From: Ophelia neglecta
Lineage: Eukaryota
Length of the DNA: 64,000 nucleotides
Reading direction: 5' to 3'
NCBI GenBank assembly: GCA_965285935.1
Contig: OZ260662.1
Location: forward strand, 102,300,001-102,364,000
The translations under genes were made by a program, and so were the position numbers. Below the pieces are notes generated by a model. The model was not told where the DNA came from and made no database searches. It saw only the letters and a list, made by a program, of their open reading frames with translations. Shown one piece after another: positions 41,301 through 53,300 of the stretch (positions are counted from its first letter, which is position 1; each line of letters opens with the position of its first letter).

Positions 41301-44300
41301 GAGGATCATTGATTTATCTGTTCAGCCGTGTTACGTAGCACAGGCAGAGGTCCCTCACAGCTCTATGTTAAGACTTTGTATAGAAGACTCCACCTGGCTG
41401 CACAGATCAACTGGAAGCTGTGCTCTGTGTGTGCGCTATTTGATAGTGACTAAAAATATCGCCAAGGATCACACTTAAAACATACAGTTGTAACAATTTC
41501 ATGTATTACCTGTTTATAACACATGATTGGATATTCATGTATAATGGATTTGGATTATTGTTCAATAGTTAAGATCAAGAGATTATTTTTAGTTGCCAGT
41601 GAGTCGTATTATGAACATTATGGGATCACTTCTCATTGTCAAAACTGTGGGTTTTTTTTATCTGTTTGGAAGCAAATGCCTGTTAACCTCTCAGAGGTTC
41701 ATTTCTATTTTGCTGATGATGTTTGACACGTACCTGCCATAGACTCTTAAACACTACATTACGGATAATGACAACCTAAGTGAAAACGGCAGTTTCCCTG
41801 GGATGCTCACCAAATGATCTCAGACTCAACATCACTGTGGTTTAACTCTCTCATCTTTTGCTATTAAATAAGCAAATCTGGATTGTTTTAAGTGACGTGT
41901 ATAATAGCAGGATAGTAATACAATCTTAGCGCAAAGTGCTTACCGCATTTAGTACCAGATGTATGCAATATGTATAGATTTGTTTTCAGTTAGACTGCTA
42001 GGTCCCTTCTACACAAGCCTTTCCGACTGAATAATATATGTTCCTGAGCATCGCTTTGTTACCTTACAACAAGGACTGTTAGTACATGAGATGATAGTGA
42101 CTCTGAGGTGATTGTACATTTAAAGGACAGGCCATATTTATGGATAAACCAATCTCGATCTTCAATGCAGAAATTCGCTTGAAATGGACGATTGAGGGAT
42201 TCCATTGAATTGTTTAAGGCAGTAAGGAGGTGGATGGATACTCAAATGTTGGAATCATTATATTTCTTTATATTGAACCATTAATCTTTCAAAGTTGAAA
42301 GTTTGTATAGTGGAGGTGTTGAGGCTCAGAGAGTTTAAGCAGTCGTGTTGAGGCACGGTGTAGTACAAAGGTCTAGTTGGAGTAGGTCGCTTGGAAAGTG
42401 CCATTCTTGTATAATATTTAGTATTATGGTATTTGCGTTGAGCAGGAGCTTGTGGGTGGGGTGTGGGTAGGGGGTTCATATATGACGAATGATGACATTC
42501 TAGTGTCATGGCTTTAGTCATGTATACTAATCAATTTGTGTTCGTAATGTTCTCCTTAGGCTGACTCTCCTTATTAAAGTGGCTTGCCTAAGGGAATGTG
42601 TACCATAAAGGTTCTGTGTCTCAGATTAGCAAAGTGGTCTATGTGAATGTTAGTGGCAAATGACTGGCTTCGACTGAAGGGATCACAACATGGATAGCTT
42701 TCATATTGAAATAATACCACTGTCATGCTGGATTCCGAATGTATTTAGACACAGGAATTTATGATAGCTTTGAATTAGACATGGACTTCTTATTTAAGAG
42801 CAGATTGAGAACCTGATTTTCAAATTTGCATATGTGCTTAACAGTGCTAGATATATGAACATAAAATATTTTTAGCACTTATGGTTAGCATATACCAATG
42901 AACAAAAGATGATTATATACCTTGACTTGCACCTTGACTTCTTTTTTAAGGTCAAATTGAGTCAACTACTTTTTCATCACTGTAATTTTGCCTAACGGTG
43001 CCTGACAAGCATTTATATTGTATTGTTCACAAATAGGAAGTTCTATGTAACAGTTCTAAAGATAACCTTCATTATGACCTTGGCCTCTGTATATGCAATG
43101 GTATTTTTCTTGAGAATTCGTATGAATGATTCTTGCGATCATTCCTTCCAAGCTGGCTTTCATTACCAAGTTGCCAGTTCATTATATTTGTTTCTAGCTA
43201 CACACTTAACTTAACATATATCGGAAAGGCATAAATTAGCTTAATATATTCTGGTGACTAGAGGAATGTGTTACTGCTTTTGGGCAACAATACCCTATAA
43301 ATATTTTAAATACTTGAAATGGAAAAGAGCGATGCTTTGTTCCCGTTACACACGTTAAGGTTCAAAAAGCACTTTACTATGGTCACTGGGGACATTGCAT
43401 TAAACAACAGGGCTTTAACAATTCTCCTTTATATGGTGGTTTCAATGAACCTGAGTGAGGATGATGGTTTCCACTTATAATTTTAATTTGGCTACGCTGT
43501 TGTATTTCAGTGAATGTAGATACAGAGTAAGCTGTTTTCATTTGCTATGAGATTAAGAGTGATTTGATACCCCAGTGCTAGATATGACCAGATAACATTG
43601 ATGTAAACAATAGAAACCCAGTCTGTCATACAGTCAATACAGTCAAACCCAGCACTATATACCTGCTCTGCCATACACAACGCTGTACAATCACGTATTA
43701 TATTGAACAACTGATAAATTGCTGCTGAAATGTAGATCGTTATTTTTGGGCTTTATGTATGCAAGATGCTGTTACTTGCATGAATTTGTTCTCATTGTTT
43801 TCGTTCTTTATTATCCATGTAGCTAAAACAAAAATAACCAACTGGCCAATCCTATACTGAGCGAACTAAAATGAGCAATTTGTTCTTTTTTATACCATTC
43901 GTTATTTGTAGGCTAGTATTATATATGTACTAGATTGAAAGCCGTAGCAACACGGATTACTCTACAATCAAATATGGATGACAAAAACCAGCCCTCTCTC
44001 TCTCCCACTCCTGCATTCGGACCCCAACTCCCACTCTTACGCTCCCTCCCACTCATGTCAACCATCAATCCCTCTTCCACCTCTCTCTCTCCCAATTCAC
44101 GTACATAGTTACATATACTGACTAGGCCCCTGACAATACCTGAACTTACGTGTACACTGACCTCTGTGCTCTTGCTGAAAACAACATTTTCTCCGAGTCT
44201 AGACTATGTGGTAAGGGAAAAGCAGCCAATTTCTATACGTTCCTCTAAAAGTCAAAGTACTATATCTATCTATCTACCTATGTATGTGTGGGAATCAGTT

Positions 44301-47300
44301 GCCTTAGGGGAGCAGAGCAGAATGAGGCAGGGATAGAGGCGTGGGTTACAGTCTGAAACATATTATCTAGGGGCTTGTAATTTGATGGATGTGAAATTGA
44401 ACGCTATGTGATATGTATCGTTTCCCACAACAGGTACATGTAATTACTCATCTGTATGTGAGATGTATGGAAGATTTAAAACCACCTTTGTAGATGGGCA
44501 AAGATAAGGAGACACTTGAGACCCCAGTGTCTTGTCCAAAGGCTATAAAAGGAACATCGTTTAAGCAGCCCATTGAATTCAGACCATGGATGTTTTAAAT
44601 GCCCTAAGGCATGAGTCAGGCTGACCTGGGAGCCAATCGGGCATTCCGGATATTCTCCTTTTACAAGGAATCCCAGGGTCTATTAGAGAAGTGGAATATG
44701 AAATTAAACTAATGAGAATACTAAGAACTGCTCTACTTACTCAAGGGACATTGAGGCAAGATATGATGCTCCCAGTCAACTTATATTCAACTTATACCTG
44801 GTATAATTTCATGTGGACTCAATGCACCCATGAAATAGAAGCAAGTTGTCCTTTTGCATTTTCTGGCAATTTCATTCTGTTTGCCAGTACCAATTGCCTG
44901 TAGGCTTTCTTACCTTTGCAGTTAGCTTATATTTCTATTCACCTATAGATTACACTTATGAGAACTAAATTGCTTTTTCTTTTGTATTCATAGTTAAAGG
45001 CAATAAAATAATATAGGATTCCATACCAATGTCATAATTTAGTGATAATAACACTCACCTGAGTTAAATATCATTCTCAGTGATACTTAAGTAAAACCCT
45101 TGATATTTACTGATTTCTGGGTGGTTTAAGCGTTGACGTGATACCAATAAATAACACATTGTGCTAAAATGACTCAAATTGTGCTGCATCATTGACAATC
45201 GTATCAACAGCATGTTTATTTCCATACTCACTAGTGCTGGTAATGGACAACATGGGCCTTGCAGGGAACTATCAGGTGTGGTAGACTTGGGCTGACCTTT
45301 ACTTTAATATCCTGATGGCTAGACAAGCAAGCTGGATATGACTTTCAGTTACTTTTCATAAAGGCCTCGAAGGAGCAGTTCAGACATGAAGCCTGCCAAC
45401 TACTCTCTGTTTGCACTCATTTTATTTGGATTATTTCTCTTGTCGATTTCTTCAGAGTGTACCAAGCAGTGTATGGACGGCTACTACATAAGTGATGCTT
45501 GTGCTGCCAACAGAGACACCCAGTGTAAACGTGAGTATTCACATAGTTCAAGCCTTTTTAAAAATCTTGCCTTGTCCTCAAGTATTTTTTACTCATCGGA
45601 TATATCATTTGATTTAAATTAATTTAATTAATCTTGATACCCTGACAATATTTTTTGTTTTCAAAACATGTGAATTCAGCAATTGAAGTAATTATCGTTC
45701 TAATTTGGTTTTTCATCTTTTACTTTTTGTTTTGGCTTTAGCTAAGAAATGATTATTTTACAATATTTATTGAGTTATTGATTTATTGTTAAATCCATTT
45801 ATGTATCTCAGCGAGAGTATACTCTATATGCACGACTAAGCATGCACAATCTGTCTGAGTCGGCAATAACCATTACTCTGTTTTTATTCATGGAAGAAGA
45901 GACTACAAAATTTGGCTGACCTATAAGCTTGTATTCATATTACTGTGTAAGGAATATAATCTATATGGACAATACCCAGCACCACGATACAGATTCATGC
46001 AAAACACCATTTCTGTTGTGGGGGGAACATGTATGTAATATTCGGTTGAAATAACATCAAGGCTGTGTTGTCTAAGTGACAGCCTCAATAAATCTCAATT
46101 CTCCTGGGGTTAGTTGTATAATCATGCAGGCATAATGATCATATGATGTCCGCCTGGTTTGAAGTTTCCCAGGGCACTTGTCTGATTAAATTTTCTCTGT
46201 ACCTTATCTTATGTTGCTCTACCCAATTTGGTGTAGTGATGCAGCTAAAAAAAGTTTTACAAACCTTCTCGACATAAAGCATTCTATACATGGATTAATT
46301 TATACAAGAATGTTTCTTTTCCTTTGGGATGTTATTTTTCTACAATGTTTAAAAATGCTGGTACTGTTGCCACATCCACTATGAAATTTGATTTCTAATT
46401 TCAATAGCTGGTATATATACTTTTACGTATATGTTTGTGGTTTCAAGGTAACAAACTCCATTGCTGTTCAGTATGATTCATACAAGGATAGATATTAATA
46501 ACTCTACTATTGTTATTCTTCTTTATAACGTTTAAATAACATTACACTTTTAGCTAAATTGTCTCTAACGTTCGTTGTCAAGTGACAATGACGTGCGTTA
46601 TACTAATTGTGTTTTGTCTTCAGCTTGTAGCGAGAAGTGTAAAAGAGGAAAATATGAGTTCTCTCCGTGTATTGGCACCCAAGACAGGAGCTGCCGGCGT
46701 AAGTTGAATGTTTTGATACTGTACCTTGCCTAAAGTGTTATCCATTTTCACCATTGTCGAATTATATTGTAAAATTTTACATGACTAACATAAAAATGAT
46801 CCGAGATCATTCTTTTAATATTATTGGAATGTAGGATATTTCTTTATGCACAGGCACCAGGGCGTCAGTTTTCCTATTTTTACCAGTTACTATGTATATA
46901 TATATGGTCAATATACATAAGTAGTAGATGACATATAGTTGTAGTAGGTAAAAAAGAGGAAAAGCATTGACATTGGTTCCTGGGATTTTATGTACGGCTA
47001 AAATTGCAGGCATGAATAAATTTGATTGCAAATCAATGACTAGGCCATATCAAACGATGGCCTACACTTACCTGTCACATCACAGAACTATCTGCTAGTC
47101 ACAAATGGATACATCGATGAATTAGTATACCATTTCCGAAAAAAGTGCATGCCATTTTTTGCCTATTGACAAGGGAATTCGAAGTGGCAGTGGAAATGTT
47201 TATTATCCTAATTATTATTAATAAAGATTTTCACCTTTTGGATTTTATTTCAAATTATAACTTACTTTGTCTGGAGAATTTATCCTAATTCCTTTGGAAT

Positions 47301-50300
47301 ATAATTGGGAAACAAATCTTTGGGCACTTCTCTGGAAAGCTATTATGTAAATGTACTATAGCACTATTCTCAGATAGCTCCCCTGCCAGGCGCCCGGTAT
47401 TTCGGGGGTAGTATCAGGACTGGTCAACCCGGTGTCAGTATAATGTGACTGGGTGGGGTTTCCTGTGTTGTCTACGGCAGGTACTCCAGTAAGGCAGCAC
47501 TCTAAAGAGGACATTGAGGCCACTGTCACAAGTAGGCACAGTGGCGATATGACCGATAAGTGTTGAAAGCCAAGTAAAACCAAACAACAACAACAACACT
47601 TTTCCCATGGCATACGCTTTTTTGGAGGAGGGCATTTTTCTTATCTTATCTAGTATACAATTATCGTGTGTTATCAAGCTCATGCAACTCATTTACTCAA
47701 GGTTTAGAAACTTAACATGCATAGTATTGGAGGAAATATTTAATTTTTTTACAATTATCTATTTCTAATTAGCGATTTATTTTTCTAGAAAAAAAAGTAG
47801 TTATATTACAAGGAATAATTTTGAGAACTTGAAGTTCCATGAATGATGACAAAATGTGTTAGATGATGATGACATTATTTACCAGTGGGATTTATAATGT
47901 CTTGTCGCTTCAAACAGCGTAAGTCAATATCGTGTGGAGCCACTTCACATGCAGTTCTTAATGTCTTGTTTAGGCTTGGCATTTAAACTCACACGTATTA
48001 TCGGGGTTGATATCCTTCATACGAGTATGTCAGTACAATCAAAATATTATGGCACTGTCTGATACGTATTTTTCAGGAGTATTCTATTCCACACCTAAAT
48101 TATATTCGTGGAAACATTTCCATGTACTTGGTAATGGTTTGTTTTTATGCGAGTCTGCTCAATTGCAAGCGGAGAAGATGAACTCAAAGACCAAGTGCCT
48201 AAAAATGCAATACAGTGAAAATCGTATTCAGGATGTCCCTTATGAATTCAAAAACAGCAGGAGTTGATGTCCTGCAGACTAAGAGAAATCATTAATGAAA
48301 AAAAAAATTGTTATTTTATTTTATTTTAAATTAAGTTGATTAGTCATCAATTGAAACTTAATCAGATTTCTTTTTCCTTTTAGAACGGATGATTCTGCAG
48401 TTGAAACCCCATAGTAAAACGATTTTCTAAATAAATGCACAACTCTGCTGACCAGTAATGTTTTCCTACTCATCCAGTTGTGTCCAATGAGCTGTATATA
48501 TATATAGGCATTATCACCATTGTTCTTTTTTACATTTATATTTGATTAGCTAACTCCGACCTGAGAGTGCCAACACTGTCTAAGAACCTGATCAGTGAGG
48601 ACCGGAGTGATGTGAAACAAGTACTGTCTTATGTACTTCACCAGGACAAGACCTCAGGCCCTCTCACTCACATGCTCAACCTTAACAGAGGTAACAATAA
48701 CTTAATCTCAAACTGTTTAATCGAGCCAAGATTTTAAATCTGAACCTGCTTAACAGAGGAAAGACTTTCAATCTCAAACTGTTTAACATTCAAGACTGCC
48801 AATCTCCCTTGTTTAAGAGAGGCAAACAGTCCACCTGAAGTGGTTTAACTGGAGGTAAGGCAGTCAGTCCAAAAGTATTACCAGTGATAAGACAGTCAAT
48901 TCAGACCTGTTAACAGCGGTAAGACAGTCAGTCCAAACCTGTTAAAAACTGCAAGACAGTCAATCTGAAACTGTTTATTATGGTTAAGAAAGTCAGCCCA
49001 AACCTGTTCACATCGGTATGACAGGCAATACAAGGTGACAACAGTGGTTAAACAGTCAGTCCAAACGTGTCAACAGTGGTTAAACAGTCAGTCCAAACGT
49101 GACAACAGTGGTTAAACAGTCAGTCCAAACGTGACAACAGTGGTTAAACAGTCAGTCCAAACGTGTCAACAGTGGTTAAACAGTCAGTCCAAACGTGTCA
49201 ACAGTGGTTAAACAGTCAGTCCAAACGTGACAACAGTGGTTAAACAGTCAGTCCAAACGTGACAACAGTGGTTAAACAGTCAGTCCAAACGTGTCAACAG
49301 TGGTTAAACAGTCAGTCCACACGTGAATACAGTGGTTAAACAGTCAATCCAAATGTGACAACAGTGGTTAAACAGTCAGTCCAAACGTGACAACAGCTGT
49401 AAAATAGTCAATTCAACCTCGACAACAGCGGTAAGGCAGACAATCCAAACCAGATTAAGAGAGGTATGACAGGAAATATGAACCTGTTTAACGTGAAAGG
49501 CGACTCTCAAATCGAACCTGTTTACAAAGAGACCCCCAGTCCTAACTTGTTAAACAATTCTCATAGCCATAGTCTGTCTGAATCTGTTTATGAGTGGTAA
49601 GTCAACCTGAACCAGTTCAAGGGTGGTCATTGTTTCATTTCAACTTTTCGAAATCATGTTGCCAAGACTGTGACTACTAATAAAACAAGATTATTGTCAC
49701 AAAAAGCATGTTTTTCATATAGTATTGTAAAACATGTTTTGGCATTTATCTATGAACAGAGCATTTTGCCTTTGTGATGATTCCAAACTTGGGAAATCTA
49801 AATCTAAAACAGTGTAAGTGCTTATGTGTTGTCTATTTATTTGTTTATTAATTATACTTACTTTTTCTTTGGTTCAACAGGAAGTGGTTTCTCTGTTCAT
49901 GTCACTCTGAAAGAAGCCAATCTGGCCCCGCTGTTTAAAGCTGTGGACCATCGTTCATCCAATGACAATGGTGGGTTTAATGGAGATGTTGGGATCCTCC
50001 AGGCCTACTGCCCTCACCCAGTCCCTGAGAAGTACCAGCTTTCATTGGTATTGCACCAGGTAAAACTAATCCCCATTTCACTATTAATAAGCTCAAATAA
50101 GTGTAGTGTGGTGATAATCTATGTACAGTGGAACTTGCCTTAAAGACCACCACTATAATCAGACCACCTGTCAATTCAGACCACCAATATGAGGACCGTG
50201 ATGCATACATTCAATGCTAAATAATCTGTCTAAACATACCACCTCTGAAATCAGACCAGTATTTTCCAGTCTCTTGGGTGGTCTTAATTCACAAGTTTCA

Positions 50301-53300
50301 CTTTTATATTGTATTAGAGTAGATAGCGGGCAAACAAAGCAGAACCAAAATCAATACAAGTCCACAAAATTGTTCGGAAGTCATCCGGAAATAAAAGCCT
50401 CAGGCCAAAATACACAATAATGCATTAATCCCCAGCTCCCAAACAGTAAATAAATTTAAACCTTTATCATTTTTTCCCGACTATTAAGTCTTAGCCAAAC
50501 TTGTTTTAAACTTTTTGTGAATCAAAGCTCTGTTTATTAAGCAAATACATTAGAATTATAAAAACAAATATAGATAATTTCTTACAAAATAGTTCAATTT
50601 AACATTTTTGTTTTGTAGGGAGTCACTTCAAACGCCCAGTATTACAGTTGTAACAGTCGTAAACGCTCTGCACACGGATGTAAGGGGGAAACAGGGTGGT
50701 ATCTGAACCCCAAGGAGCCCTGTGAAACCTACAGTCAGTTTGGACGTCTACCTTCACTCAACCAGGAAGGCTGGAGCATTCTCTGTACCAAACCGGGAAA
50801 GCTCAGCAATATCTTTGGTGTCAGCTCCCAGTTAACAGATCTTACCACAATGTTTGTGGACAAAGAAGTCAAGTAAGTGCCAATCAAAAAGGCTTTTTTG
50901 TTAATTTAAAATGGTTCAGTTATCTTCAGAAGATGGCTAGGCCATATGGCGTAGTAACAGCATGTTGTTAAGTGGCGTGGAGACAGCACAGACATCTTGG
51001 ACTTAAGAAGCTTTCAGTTTATTTATTGTTATTATTGTTTAATGAAAATACACAATATAGTTTCAAATTGTTGTCATTCTAGATGTAAAGTACATGCTAC
51101 AGAATATTTCTGTTGATTCTTTATCATAGTTGTGCAGAAAAGAGAACAAACTGCGAGGCATGTCTGACCATGAGTGCCCGAACGATGCAGAGCCATCGCG
51201 GCAGCCACCGCTGTAATATCACAGGCGAGGACTCCGACAATGGGGAATCTCCAAGGCTAGAATACTGCTTTAGTTGTCTGAGTCGACAGGAGTGTGCTAA
51301 GATGTGTGAGATTTACCACAATCCAGACTGCAACCAGCAAAGGTTATTGTATAATTGAACAGTTAAAAGGACAGAAAATATAGACTTATTATGCATCAAT
51401 GGAAAGAAAAATATATTTAACAATTACCTACCAATTGTAAATTGGATTATGGGTAAGTCGAACAACAAACCAAACTCCCCCTCATCTTTTTGTGATCCTA
51501 TTGGTGCAATGCCTTCATGATGTGTGTTTTTCTGTTCAGATGTGTGACCGGCAACTTGGCTGAGTTTGTCCTCTCTCCCGCATTCTCCCATCGAGGAACA
51601 GTATTTGCCTGTAATATAAAGCCAGCTCCCAAATATCGAATCTATGATATAGAATATACCGTTGTCTACAAGGGAAAAGTAGTCAATGAGCGAAGAATAC
51701 GAACAAAGAAGCTCTTCGATAAGGTCCATCCAGAGAAAGCAAAAGATGTGTAAGTGAAAACCAATAGTACAATCATGTTCTTAGTGAAGACTTCTACCGT
51801 TTTCTAAAGATGATTAACTCGTGATGGTAAAAATCCTTTATGTGGTCCCTCCGCAAAAAATAAAAGCCTTTATTCATCTTGCAGTCACAATTTCCTGACA
51901 ATATACTACGGGTCTGTGATCCAGAAGGTACCAGACTTGATTGAGGGAGATAGTTCTTTGAAGTCATTCAGTGCAGGATATTACCAGGCCAAGGGAACCC
52001 CAATGTCTGAGGCAGATATCTCCACCAGGTCTCTCTATGTCAGACCTAACAGACCATTTCAAATCAGCACCAAAACGTGGAGTAAGTGGAGGAGGGTTTA
52101 GGGCATTGGCTATATTATTGAGAAAAAAAAAGTTTATTTGTTTAGTTGTTATATTTATATGCTGTGCTGTAGAGTGCAACTGTGCCGTGGGGACGGAACT
52201 AATACGTTTTGTATTTTATTCATCATCCTTGATTTCTTATTATGTTTGCCGGTCTGAAGCACTGTGTATTGTTATTAATGTTGATCGTATTCACTGAAAT
52301 ATTGTCATGCATGCAAGAGAACTGGCTGGAAAGCGTAACTTGTAGTTGGGGCTCTTCGACATTAAAGTTTGATTGTATGTTTTATTATGACAGAGGAGGA
52401 GTCATGTGACACCGATGTCTTGACAAACCTGATGCTTGTCTCTACCAATCCTCCTGACAGTGATCCTTACAAGCCTGACCCTGGCCTGGAAGTTCAGTAT
52501 GCCTCGGACAGCACCTACAGGATCTTTAACAAGACAGAGTCCAGCATGCCCTACATCTACTTTGAGGTCCCTAGAGACCAGTCTGTGTTAATGCCCATGT
52601 ATGATGACACCAGTGTGAGGGATGATGATACGCTAAATGCTGAACTGACCAGGAATGACAGGAACTGGGTGCTAAACGTCAGCGGCCAGCTACAAAAGTG
52701 TCCTGGTAAGTTTTCATATACGATAAATTTGTATTTAAGTTCTATAACATTGCACATTTGCTGTGTCTGTGGATGTTTTGTTCATTTCATTGGCTCCTGG
52801 GCAAAACCGGTTTATTTTGTTCAAGAATGTAATTAGTTATTAGGGTTTCTAGAGTCATTAAAAGACAGAGAAGTGTGACTAGCCATGACCCCATGCAACT
52901 AAAAATTCCAGTCAACATATCATCCGATAATAAAGCAATCCATGTATATGATATAATGGTATGTATTGAATGTAAAGCTTCGGGTCTAAAGGCCGTATTC
53001 TTTACAGTCTGCTGGAAACTACTGTATTCTATATTGTGTATGTGTTAAGATACAAATCGTTCAGCACACTATTGGCGGTAAGGTACGTCTTGGCCTGTGT
53101 AGCCACATGGTTTAGTCTGTCCCTAGTTCTGTTTTCATTGCTTCTTCTGTGTTGTTAGGTGCCTTTGGTATACAGGTGAGGGACCCTGGCTATGTGAGCA
53201 AGCCTCTGTACCTGTATGACGTAGGGGTGAACTGCCCTGCTACTTTTTCCTTGGAATTCACCGTCCCCACCGACGGAGATGACAAGTATGACAAGGAGTT

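Noticed and set aside
49035-49395. 32-bp repeats as a CRISPR array
   Set aside because: Head-to-tail units without unique spacers, in a eukaryotic intron
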